Shown here piece after piece: positions 47,336 to 55,885 of a DNA stretch of 64,000 nucleotides; the first letter of the stretch is position 1, and every line of letters starts with the position of its first letter. Under the pieces are notes generated by a model. The model saw only the letters and a list, made by a program, of their open reading frames with translations, was not told the DNA's origin and ran no database searches. The translations under genes were made by a program, and so were the position numbers. This DNA comes from a virus: the IMG/VR virus record IMGVR_UViG_3300047157_000126, positions 1 to 64,000 of that record; one strand, given 5' to 3'.

Positions 47336-48223
47336 ATGTTTTCCGATATAATGGTGAATTATATCTTAAAAGATGAAAATACCCTTTTAGAGCCTCCAGA
47401 AGTAAATACTTCAAAATTACCACCAGAGTTTTTTGCAGGGCACGCTTCTGAAAGATTGAGTGACCCTCTTCGTATGCATGATGAAAATGAAAGTGCAGAA
47501 GTAAAAACTAGAACTATACAAGGTTTAGTTGATGCTGGAATTATGGGACCTTTAGGTAATTATACAAAAGATGCACCTAGACATGTAGCAGTTAGAACAC
47601 ATTTTCTAGATTCTTTTAGAAATCCCATTGGGGTTAATGAAAAAGGACAACGACATTCAACTGGTAATACTATTGTAAGTATTGTAAGACCTCATAAAAA
47701 ACATAGAACCCCTCAAGTAAAAACTGTAATGCTTAGAGGTAATCATCAAAAATTTGGAAGAGGTGCTGGTCCGGGTACGATGAATGTAGACCAAGTTATA
47801 GACGCCTCACCTGAAAAAATAAATACAAATAATCCGCAAGTCGCAATAAGAAGAGCGAGAAAAGCAAAAAAGAAAAAAGCAGCAAGAGTAAGAATCCTAC
47901 CACCTGTACTACCCGGTCCGGGTTCAACTAGACCATTGGTTAAAAAAATGGTTCTAATTAAAGCACCAAAAAGAAAAATGTCTGAAGCGGCCAGACAACA
48001 TAAGTTGGCCTATGATAAAAAATACGAGTCTAGTCCTGAAAGAGTGAAATATCGAGTAGATTTGAATCGTGAGCGTAGACGCAGGGGTATTTATGGTTCG
48101 AATAATAAAAAAGATATTAGTCATACTCAAGGTGGAAAGTTTACTTTAGAAAACCAAAGTAGTAATAGGGCTAGGCATTTTAAAAATCGAGGCACACTTC
48201 GCAAGGTTAAGGTGAAGAAATGA
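47336..48223 (+). CDS. Basic protein with C-terminal HNH-like module
   Basis: YR.DLNR.RR...KDISH......LENQSSNRAR resembles small phage HNH-like proteins; preceded by VLIKA. Confidence 0.5.
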   Translation: MFSDIMVNYILKDENTLLEPPEVNTSKLPPEFFAGHASERLSDPLRMHDENESAEVKTRTIQGLVDAGIMGPLGNYTKDAPRHVAVRTHFLDSFRNPIGVNEKGQRHSTGNTIVSIVRPHKKHRTPQVKTVMLRGNHQKFGRGAGPGTMNVDQVIDASPEKINTNNPQVAIRRARKAKKKKAARVRILPPVLPGPGSTRPLVKKMVLIKAPKRKMSEAARQHKLAYDKKYESSPERVKYRVDLNRERRRRGIYGSNNKKDISHTQGGKFTLENQSSNRARHFKNRGTLRKVKVKK

Positions 48224-48390
48224 ATAGTTGCGATTGTGGTCATTGTGTGGGTATGGACACTGTTTGGAAGAAACTCTGTCCTGAAGGAAAAGCGGCAGCA
48301 AAAAGAAAGTTCAAAGTTTATCCATCCGCTTATGCTAATGGGTGGGCTGTACAATATTGTCGTGGTAAGTTTAGGGGGAAGAAAAAATGA
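48220..48390 (+). CDS. Small basic protein (DUF5872-like), not in ORF track
   Basis: MNSCDCGHC...AKRKFKVYPSAYANGWAVQYC; ATGA overlaps at both ends. Confidence 0.65.
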   Translation: MNSCDCGHCVGMDTVWKKLCPEGKAAAKRKFKVYPSAYANGWAVQYCRGKFRGKKK

Positions 48391-48548
48391 AACTTAAGAA
48401 AGATAAATGTTGTTGCGGTGGTACTAAAAAAACACCTTGTGTTTGTATGATTGAGGGTAATCAATGTTCAGTATCTTCTCCTAAGTGTCCTTGTTATGCT
48501 TTGATAGACAAGCAAAAGAACATTAAGAAAATGGTAGGCATTCTATGA
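48387..48548 (+). CDS. Small Cys-rich protein (53 aa), not in ORF track
   Basis: MKLKKDKCCCGGTKKTPCVCMIEGNQCSVSSPKCPCY...; ATGA overlaps at both ends. Confidence 0.6.
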   Translation: MKLKKDKCCCGGTKKTPCVCMIEGNQCSVSSPKCPCYALIDKQKNIKKMVGIL

Positions 48549-49261
48549 CACGATGTACCTGTCATGATGTACTCATTGTAAAAAACTTAAACCGTTGGTT
48601 TAAGGAAAAATGGGTAGATGTGTCACGTACTAAAGACGGAAAGCACCCACCGTGTGGTAGAAGCAAGGGAAAACTTTCAGGTAAAGGTTATCCTAAATGC
48701 AGACCTTCAATCAAAGTTTCAAGTAAAACACCTAAAACATCAGTTTCTATGTCATCAGGTGAGAAACAAGCAGCGACAAAAAGAAAACGTGCGAAAAAGC
48801 AAGGTGTGGATGGAAAACCAACAATAGTTAAGACAGACTACGCTATGCGAAGCAACATGAGTGCTTTTGATGCAGCGTGGAGTGTGTTGAAATCAAATAC
48901 TCTTCCTATTAGACCTAAAGTTATGCAATACGCAACCGACCAAAAGAAAACCATGAGATTAGAGCAGCCGGGTGGTGTCGCTCGAAGTGCTAGAAGAAAA
49001 CTAATGGATGAAACTCAGGCTAGAAAAAATGATAAATTTACAGATGAACCCGACATAATGAATCAGGAAGGGGATGTTCAAACTGAGTCATATGGACTGT
49101 CCCGACATGAATTGGAGGATTTACACGATGCGAGAATGACTCACGAACCTGTTTATCGTAATATGTTTTGGAACACTTTAATGAATAGGAAAGAATACGA
49201 GGCAGGTGATTTGGGACACTTTAATGAATATGATAGATTATATGAACGTGATTATGAATGA
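48545..49261 (+). CDS. DUF5872-like basic domain fused to an AWxxLK-tag module
   Basis: LNRWFKEKWVDV...CGRS...YPKCRP; internal MSAFDAAWSVLKS at 48857. Confidence 0.7.
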   Translation: MTRCTCHDVLIVKNLNRWFKEKWVDVSRTKDGKHPPCGRSKGKLSGKGYPKCRPSIKVSSKTPKTSVSMSSGEKQAATKRKRAKKQGVDGKPTIVKTDYAMRSNMSAFDAAWSVLKSNTLPIRPKVMQYATDQKKTMRLEQPGGVARSARRKLMDETQARKNDKFTDEPDIMNQEGDVQTESYGLSRHELEDLHDARMTHEPVYRNMFWNTLMNRKEYEAGDLGHFNEYDRLYERDYE

Positions 49262-49614
49262 GTTGGTTTGACACATGCGACTGTTGTACACCGATGCAAC
49301 AAGCGTCAGCAGCATTGTTAGATTCTGTTTTTGAGAAAGCAAAAAAGAAATCAAAACCATTTCACGGTTACAATCCAAACAGACATAGTAGAAGCGGTGG
49401 ACTAAATGCAAAAGGTCGAGCCAAAGCAAAAAGAGAAACAGGTGCAAACCTGAAAAGACCAGTTACTAAAAAACCAAGTTCACTAAAACCCGGTAGTAAA
49501 GCAGCAAACAGAAGAAAGTCTTTCTGTGCAAGAATGGGTGGAAGTAAAGGACCGACTAGTAAAGGCGGAAAACTAACACCGAAGGGCGCAGCGCTCAAAC
49601 GGTGGAACTGTTAA
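49258..49614 (+). CDS. Small basic protein (DUF6321-like)
   Basis: GGLNAKGR...NLKRPV...RRKSFCARM...ALKRWNC. Confidence 0.7.
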   Translation: MSWFDTCDCCTPMQQASAALLDSVFEKAKKKSKPFHGYNPNRHSRSGGLNAKGRAKAKRETGANLKRPVTKKPSSLKPGSKAANRRKSFCARMGGSKGPTSKGGKLTPKGAALKRWNC

Positions 49615-49617
49615 TCT

Positions 49618-49701
49618 CATTTGTCTTATTATTAATATAGACTCTATACATATATATTAATTATTATATATATACTAATAATAAGATAAATAAGACAAAT
49701 G
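49618..49701. repeat. AT-rich inverted repeat
   Basis: CATTTGTCTTATT (49618-49630) pairs with AATAAGACAAATG (49689-49701) around a TA-rich core. Confidence 0.7.
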
Positions 49702-49773
49702 GATAAAAACCTCGGATTTTTACTCAGAAGGGTTTAAGGTGACCCCATCCGTGGCCTTTCACAAGGTGTGTAT

Positions 49774-50433
49774 ATGTCTGATACAACAGATTCCGAAATT
49801 AGATTGATGGGATTAATAATAAGTCAGTCTGCATTGATTGGGGTTGCAGTTGCTATTTTTGATTCAAAATTATGGCTAGTGAATGACGAAACATGGATGA
49901 ATGGGCTAAATTACTCAATGGGCGCTTTCGCCTTACAAGGTTTAGCATATTATCTATTCAAAATGTTCTTTGAAAGAAATCTTAGAGAACGTGCTAGGAT
50001 GACCGAGTTTCAAAGACAACATCAATCTAGGTTCAGGAATATGCAAGTTAACTTTGACCAAAGAAGGTCTGATATGGAATTAAGAAGACAAGAAATGGAA
50101 TTAGAAAAAGAATTAAGATGGATGCATGAGAATCCTGATAAGGTTATGTCACCACCTTCATTTTTAACAGAAAATAGAGATGTTAATAATATGGCTAATT
50201 TAGGATTAGATTATCATTCTACTTTTAATCCCGGCATTCCTACACACAATACTAATATACAACAACCATTAGGTTTAGGAGTCGAATCCGCTAATATGAG
50301 AGAAATTTATCAAATGACTGATTCTATGGTAAAAGATTTACCAACTCCTCCTAAAGATGGAAAGCCAACTCAAAACGCATCTGGCATGAGGTTAAAAAAG
50401 GATGGAACACCTGACCTTAGATATAAGAGTTGA
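49774..50433 (+). CDS. Membrane protein (2 TM) with coiled coil and C-terminal KKDGTPDLRY motif
   Basis: Two hydrophobic segments at the N-terminus, R/E/Q coiled coil. Confidence 0.65.
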   Translation: MSDTTDSEIRLMGLIISQSALIGVAVAIFDSKLWLVNDETWMNGLNYSMGAFALQGLAYYLFKMFFERNLRERARMTEFQRQHQSRFRNMQVNFDQRRSDMELRRQEMELEKELRWMHENPDKVMSPPSFLTENRDVNNMANLGLDYHSTFNPGIPTHNTNIQQPLGLGVESANMREIYQMTDSMVKDLPTPPKDGKPTQNASGMRLKKDGTPDLRYKS

Positions 50434-50438
50434 ACTAG

Positions 50439-50696
50439 ATGGGTAAGATATTCAAAACTCCAAAAGATGATTCAGTAGAAGAAACGCTTAGAGCCATGCA
50501 TTTGGCTAATACAGTTGATAACGTATATGAATGGGGATATGGTTGGATTAGAACTGTTGTGGTAGCAGTTGCTTCGGTTTTTATTATTAGTGCTCTTGAA
50601 GCGAATAGTGACTTTTCTTTATGGGAATCAACAGTAGAATGGGGTTATCAGCAAATAGCAGATTTTGGCTCTTGGTTAACAAATAAATTTAGTTGA
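50439..50696 (+). CDS. Small membrane protein
   Basis: TVVVAVASVFIISAL transmembrane segment. Confidence 0.65.
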   Translation: MGKIFKTPKDDSVEETLRAMHLANTVDNVYEWGYGWIRTVVVAVASVFIISALEANSDFSLWESTVEWGYQQIADFGSWLTNKFS

Positions 50697-50706
50697 TTTA
50701 AGGTAG

Positions 50707-51429
50707 GTGATTACTTTGAGTATGACTGGTAGTGTTTTAGTAGGCGCTGCGCTATGGGGTCAAAATATTTACAATGCTTGGCGCCCACGTAGTGTTGGTA
50801 TTTATGGAACAGCAATGGTAGGAAAAACCACTTTGGATTCTTATATGACAACACCGGGAGAGATGTATGATATCCCTATTGATGAAAGAACTGAACATTA
50901 TAAAATATTAACAAGATATATTTTACCTAAATCGACTAAAAAAAGAGTATCTTGGAAGGGTGAAAAGCGAGTTGTGAACTCTGCTGATATAGGTGGACAA
51001 GAAAGATATTGGAATCTTTGGATAGAAGATATGGTATATCGACAAGCGGAAGCGATAATCTATATGTTCGATGAAAGGGCTTTGAAGGGTGGTGCTGAAG
51101 GTATGGAGCAAGTTGCAGGATTCAAATATTTATGTGATGTTTTAATTTCTCGTAATTATCGTTATAGAAGCATAAAAAGTAGAATAAAAGGTAGAAAATA
51201 TTCACCTAAACTGATAATGTTAGTCGCAAACAAAGCAGATAGATTTTTTGATGACAACGCCGCTTTACTTTGGCAACAAGGTAGAATAGGAGAACATAAG
51301 GTATTTGACCCCTTTAGAGATGATTTAATTCGTTTACAAAAATCAGGAATCAGAACAAAAAGAAGTTTTATGGCTACTAGGATAGGATGGAATGTTGAAA
51401 TTACAATGTTAGATTTATTAACAATGTAG
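50707..51429 (+). CDS. Ras-superfamily (Arf-like) small GTPase
   Basis: G1 GTAMVGKTT, G2-like RT, G3 DIGGQ, G4 NKAD; hydrophobic N-terminus. Confidence 0.85.
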   Translation: MITLSMTGSVLVGAALWGQNIYNAWRPRSVGIYGTAMVGKTTLDSYMTTPGEMYDIPIDERTEHYKILTRYILPKSTKKRVSWKGEKRVVNSADIGGQERYWNLWIEDMVYRQAEAIIYMFDERALKGGAEGMEQVAGFKYLCDVLISRNYRYRSIKSRIKGRKYSPKLIMLVANKADRFFDDNAALLWQQGRIGEHKVFDPFRDDLIRLQKSGIRTKRSFMATRIGWNVEITMLDLLTM

Positions 51430-51491
51430 TGTGTACCTTTCAAGTGACCTCATCAGTAACCTTTTTGATATGGGTGGTGGTGCGCCAACTA

Positions 51492-51677
51492 ATGGCAAGA
51501 GTGAATAATGAGACCACTCTTGTGTCAACTGGAGGAGGCTCTAATAGTCTAAGAACAACTGTTCCGATGTGGATAATTGAACAATTTAAACTTACAGCAG
51601 GAGAAAAACTAAGTTGGAAGTTTGATGTTAATGAAGATGGAGAATTGTGTGTAAAGGTGACTCCTCAACAGAAGTGA
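51492..51677 (+). CDS. AbrB/MazE-like DNA-binding protein
   Basis: SLRTTVPMWIIEQFKLTAGEKLSW; GGTGG RBS. Confidence 0.75.
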   Translation: MARVNNETTLVSTGGGSNSLRTTVPMWIIEQFKLTAGEKLSWKFDVNEDGELCVKVTPQQK

Positions 51678-51681
51678 TAAT

Positions 51682-52635
51682 ATGGTATCTAATTATATCC
51701 CCGGTTATAATAATCAACAACAAATTAATTCTTTAGGTCATTCTAACGAAACAGCATTAATGGCTCTTGCGGCACAAGGTAATCCTCAATTAAATAGAGC
51801 AGTTTTAATGGAACAAGCCGCCGCTCAACGTTCTATGCAAGAAATGGCTTCTCAAAAAAACCTAGAAGTCCCTAAAGTTAATTTTTATCCATCAACTCAT
51901 GGTAATTCTAGAAAAGCCAGAAAACAAGATATACGTCAAGCGTATAAATTATTAAGGCCAGCAAAAAGAAGTCTAATTTCTCCAGCAAGACTTTTTGGTA
52001 GTAAATATAGGTACAATAAGCAATCACATGTTTGTGTGGTAGATGGTTGTGATTGTAAAGAATTAATTCAATACGATAATCTTTACGAGAAAATATGTGA
52101 CGATGAAACTGGTAGAAGTCTCTGGGATATGTATTGGCAAAATCCAGTTACTGGACAGGCTGAAGCGTTTTTAGCGATGGATAAAGTAACTAGTGGTAGA
52201 AAAATGAGGGGTACTTATTGTCCTGAACATTTACATTTATTTCACCTTCTTTGTAAATGGGAAACTGAAGAAGAAAGAGAATATGAAATGAATCCTAATC
52301 GTTTACGTGATAAAGTAAAACAAGGTGTTTCTATTGTTACTGTTCCTGTTAGTGTAATGCAAAAAAATGATGCAGATACACCTTTGATGTTATCGAAGTA
52401 TGAGCCTTTTTTTGAATTGTTAGAAAAAGACGCTAGAGCCTATGAAGGAATAAATATCACTCATTATAAAAACCCAGAAACAGGAATAAACGATATTACT
52501 ACAGTAACATTTGATTTGCGAATATTCCAAAAAGAATTGTTGGAAATAAATCAACCAACACCTGCTTTTCAACAAATTATTAATCAGCAACCTAATAACA
52601 CGTCCCCCATACCGAATACACAAGGGGTGAATTAG
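51682..52635 (+). CDS. Hypothetical protein with Cys/His cluster
   Basis: 317 aa; CVVDGC...YCPEH; Q/N-rich ends. Confidence 0.6.
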   Translation: MVSNYIPGYNNQQQINSLGHSNETALMALAAQGNPQLNRAVLMEQAAAQRSMQEMASQKNLEVPKVNFYPSTHGNSRKARKQDIRQAYKLLRPAKRSLISPARLFGSKYRYNKQSHVCVVDGCDCKELIQYDNLYEKICDDETGRSLWDMYWQNPVTGQAEAFLAMDKVTSGRKMRGTYCPEHLHLFHLLCKWETEEEREYEMNPNRLRDKVKQGVSIVTVPVSVMQKNDADTPLMLSKYEPFFELLEKDARAYEGINITHYKNPETGINDITTVTFDLRIFQKELLEINQPTPAFQQIINQQPNNTSPIPNTQGVN

Positions 52636-52637
52636 TT

Positions 52638-53285
52638 ATGGTAGGAATATTTGGAAATCCACATCAAACTCCACAATCCACATCTTCTCTCAATTTATCA
52701 CAAACTGGGGCACCGTTTGGTCAACAACATCAGCAACAATTCGGTTTTGGACAACAACCAGTAGCACAGGGTTTTGTAGCGGGGCTTGGAATGCAAGACC
52801 AATATAATCAATTTAATCAATTTGCTCAACAACCTGTAGCCCCTCCTTCTGAAACAGAGATTTTGATGGCTATGCTTGAAACATTAAATCCTGTTGAAAA
52901 GTTTATTGTAAGCGCACAAATGCCTGTTATGATTGAAATGTTATCTAATATTTCTACATTCTCTTTCCTAAATGTATTAAAAAATGCTAAATTTAAACTA
53001 GACGAGGAAACTGGTACTCTTAGTTTAGACGTTACAACTCTTCCTTCTGATTTACAAACATTATCTGCTGAAAATATTGTCGCTCAATTAAGTAATTTAC
53101 AAAACCAATCAACAGCAATTATTCAACAAGCAGAGATGAGAAGACAACAAGTTTTGGCTATGTCACAACAATCTATGTTGCAGGGCGCGTTAGGTGCGGC
53201 GCTTGAAAATCCCGGTATGATGGAAAACGTTGGTAATGCTGTTGGTAGTACTGCTCGTAGTTTATTATTCGGAGGTAGAGCATAA
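52638..53285 (+). CDS. Gln/Phe/Gly-rich hypothetical protein
   Basis: 215 aa; FGQQ low-complexity N-terminus. Confidence 0.6.
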   Translation: MVGIFGNPHQTPQSTSSLNLSQTGAPFGQQHQQQFGFGQQPVAQGFVAGLGMQDQYNQFNQFAQQPVAPPSETEILMAMLETLNPVEKFIVSAQMPVMIEMLSNISTFSFLNVLKNAKFKLDEETGTLSLDVTTLPSDLQTLSAENIVAQLSNLQNQSTAIIQQAEMRRQQVLAMSQQSMLQGALGAALENPGMMENVGNAVGSTARSLLFGGRA

Positions 53286-53530
53286 TGATGTCAGGAATAC
53301 CAAACCCAATTAATCAAATGAATGAAATGGCATTAGGAATGTGGAGTCCACAACGCAGTGTAATAATTGATATGATAATGGTTCAATTAATTTCTTTGAT
53401 TGTGATGATGGTAGCAGTTTTATTATTTAGAGGTGGAGACTTATCAACTAACGAGGCTACATTTTTCGTCTTTGGATTATTCTCTTCGCTTGTGTTTTTA
53501 AGTGCGGTTTACGCAAGAATAACACAATAG
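53285..53530 (+). CDS. Small 2-TM membrane protein (holin-like topology)
   Basis: Two hydrophobic helices in 81 aa. Confidence 0.6.
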   Translation: MMSGIPNPINQMNEMALGMWSPQRSVIIDMIMVQLISLIVMMVAVLLFRGGDLSTNEATFFVFGLFSSLVFLSAVYARITQ

Positions 53531-53571
53531 TGGTAATAATATTGAATAACAAGGTTATCATACGATAATCA

Positions 53572-54258
53572 ATGGACGAAGAGGCGCGTATTACAAAACG
53601 CTCTTGTTCCTTTTGTCAACATCCAGATAGAGATGGACTCGAAGATGATTTACTTGCGGGTAATATAACTCCTAAACAAATGGACCAAGAGATGGGTTGG
53701 CGAGCGAATACTTCTGATAGACATTTTAGAAATCATATGGGAGAATACCACATGGGTGCTAATCCTAGATGTGTTATTTGCTCCCATGATGACAGGTCTG
53801 CTTTTGAGGCTAGATTTTTTACTGATGGGTCAGAATCGGAGGCTATTGCTCAGGAATTAGATATTGCTGAGAATACTGTGTATCATCACATGAAGCACCA
53901 CTTTCAACCGTTGGTTAAGAAATCAGCAGCAGTTGAGGTCGCAATTACAGTTGGTCAAGAACTTGGAATACTTAGAAACAATGTCGAAAAACTAAATGAT
54001 AAACTTTCAGAATTACTTTCTGAGGGTAGTGTTCATGAAGATGGTTTTGTTAGAGATGCTGTATCATTACATAAAGAAGTAAGAGAATCAATAAAAGACT
54101 TAGTAAAATTCAATGATACTTGGGGCAGTGATACTACAGAGACTACTGTAAATCAAACAATAAATATTTTAAAAGTAGAATTAGCCAAGGAATCTCCTGA
54201 ATCTTGGAAGAGAATTAAATCTCAATTAATCGAATCTGCTGGAGGAGATATAGCGTGA
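53572..54258 (+). CDS. Duplicated CxxCxH/HTH protein, candidate terminase small subunit
   Basis: Two repeats CSFCQHPDR...HFRNH and CVICSHDDR...HMKHH, then a coiled coil; upstream of terL. Confidence 0.45.
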   Translation: MDEEARITKRSCSFCQHPDRDGLEDDLLAGNITPKQMDQEMGWRANTSDRHFRNHMGEYHMGANPRCVICSHDDRSAFEARFFTDGSESEAIAQELDIAENTVYHHMKHHFQPLVKKSAAVEVAITVGQELGILRNNVEKLNDKLSELLSEGSVHEDGFVRDAVSLHKEVRESIKDLVKFNDTWGSDTTETTVNQTINILKVELAKESPESWKRIKSQLIESAGGDIA

Positions 54259-54653
54259 TTATAATTGATGAGTTATTTGTTTCATCACATCCCGGTTACA
54301 GACTATTACATGATAACATAATCATTGATGAAAAAAGACTACCTGTGTTTTTAGATTATATTTCTTTAGTGTTCCAAAAGTTTAACTTTTATGTTGAAAA
54401 AGAGAATCTACAATTAGTTTTTGGTAGTGCTATTTTAGAAGTGATTAGGTATCTAAAAACTCTTTGTGAATCTGATGAACCTGAAATTGTTTTTGATACA
54501 AGAAGTAAGTTAAGAGAGATTTTACCAAGAATAAGAGGTGAATTAAAATTAATGGGAAGTTGTTTTCTTGACCCACCTAGCATCCAACAGTTCTATGAAG
54601 ACATAGCCTCTGCGTTACAGCGCTCTAGTGAGTATCTTATGGGGGATTATTGA
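54255..54653 (+). CDS. Hypothetical protein
   Basis: 132 aa, GTGA overlap, GGAGG RBS. Confidence 0.55.
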   Translation: MIIIDELFVSSHPGYRLLHDNIIIDEKRLPVFLDYISLVFQKFNFYVEKENLQLVFGSAILEVIRYLKTLCESDEPEIVFDTRSKLREILPRIRGELKLMGSCFLDPPSIQQFYEDIASALQRSSEYLMGDY

Positions 54654-55885
54654 TGACTGAAGGTATGATGGGTAGAGGTTCTGATACCAGAATGTACGCT
54701 CCTCGTTCAGAATCGTCTATTATGTTCAGAAATAATGACGGAGATGGAAGTTATAATCCCGGTGACCCTCGTTATGAAGATATGGAAAAAGAGAAGAAAA
54801 GAAAAGAAAAGGAGAAACACGATAAAAAACTTCGTAGAAGAAAACATATCAAAGTGAAACCGGGTATTTTAAGAAATGTTGGGGACGAAGAAGAAGATGA
54901 AGAAAGAGAAGATGACTCCGACAAATATGATGCAGACAGAGAGACTCACTTACAAACAGGTGCTGCGGGTAATTTTGGCTTTTTATCTAGTTTAGCAGGT
55001 GGAGCAAAAGGCCCCGGCGTTGGTAGAGGTGAACTAATTTCTACTGGCGAACCTATGGCTGCTGCTTGGTCTGAATTAAGGAAAGCAAAAACTAAGAAAC
55101 AGAGAGAAAAACAAAGTAAAAAAGAGTCTAGAAAAAAAGGTCGTCCAAGCACTGGTGAGTTCAAAAAACCAAAAGGTGGCTATTCCCCTAAGTCTGCAAC
55201 ATCTAGAAGAGCAAAAGCACTGTCAAGAAGTTTAGGTGGTTCTAAGAAAACTGGGTTAGGTAGAGCACACTTGGCAGTTGAGATGTCTCACCGTGGGCTG
55301 AAAACAAAACAACCTATGAGATTAGAAGACCCTAGAAAATATGCAAGTTTTATGGCAAGACAAGGTTCTATGGCACAACAAGGCCAAGTAAGAACCCCAG
55401 CATCACCTACACCAGCATCAGTAGTTGGCTTTTCAGGAAGAGTACCTAAACCTAAACTAAAACCAATGAGACCTCCACCAATTCAACCACCAAGAATCGC
55501 TGGTGCTCCACATTTGGCTATGGGTGGTGGGGCTTCTGGTATGCCAGCACCCCCACCACCAATGCCTGTTATGACAAGTGAAGATGTGTTTATTGGCTCA
55601 GAATTACAAAAAAGAAGAGGTGGTTTTGATTGGGCTACCGTACAAGAATTAAGACAATTACTCAATAGAACTAGAAGAATCCTTAGAGAAAAAGAAAGTA
55701 AGAAGAAAGGATATGGAAATGCTGATACAAGTGGTGCTGGGAGTAATCTACCAAAACACCCTAGTAATGCCCCTAAATCTACAAATAGAAATGAAGGGGC
55801 TACAGAAGACGCAAAGACAGACCCTCGCCACTTCGGAATTGATACAGTCGGTCATGATGTTGGGCGAGGGGGCGCGACACCATGA
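54650..55885 (+). CDS. Low-complexity charged/Pro-rich protein with internal tag variant
   Basis: EPMAAAWSELRKA at ~55049-55087; K-rich and P-rich tracts. Confidence 0.65.
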   Translation: MMTEGMMGRGSDTRMYAPRSESSIMFRNNDGDGSYNPGDPRYEDMEKEKKRKEKEKHDKKLRRRKHIKVKPGILRNVGDEEEDEEREDDSDKYDADRETHLQTGAAGNFGFLSSLAGGAKGPGVGRGELISTGEPMAAAWSELRKAKTKKQREKQSKKESRKKGRPSTGEFKKPKGGYSPKSATSRRAKALSRSLGGSKKTGLGRAHLAVEMSHRGLKTKQPMRLEDPRKYASFMARQGSMAQQGQVRTPASPTPASVVGFSGRVPKPKLKPMRPPPIQPPRIAGAPHLAMGGGASGMPAPPPPMPVMTSEDVFIGSELQKRRGGFDWATVQELRQLLNRTRRILREKESKKKGYGNADTSGAGSNLPKHPSNAPKSTNRNEGATEDAKTDPRHFGIDTVGHDVGRGGATP

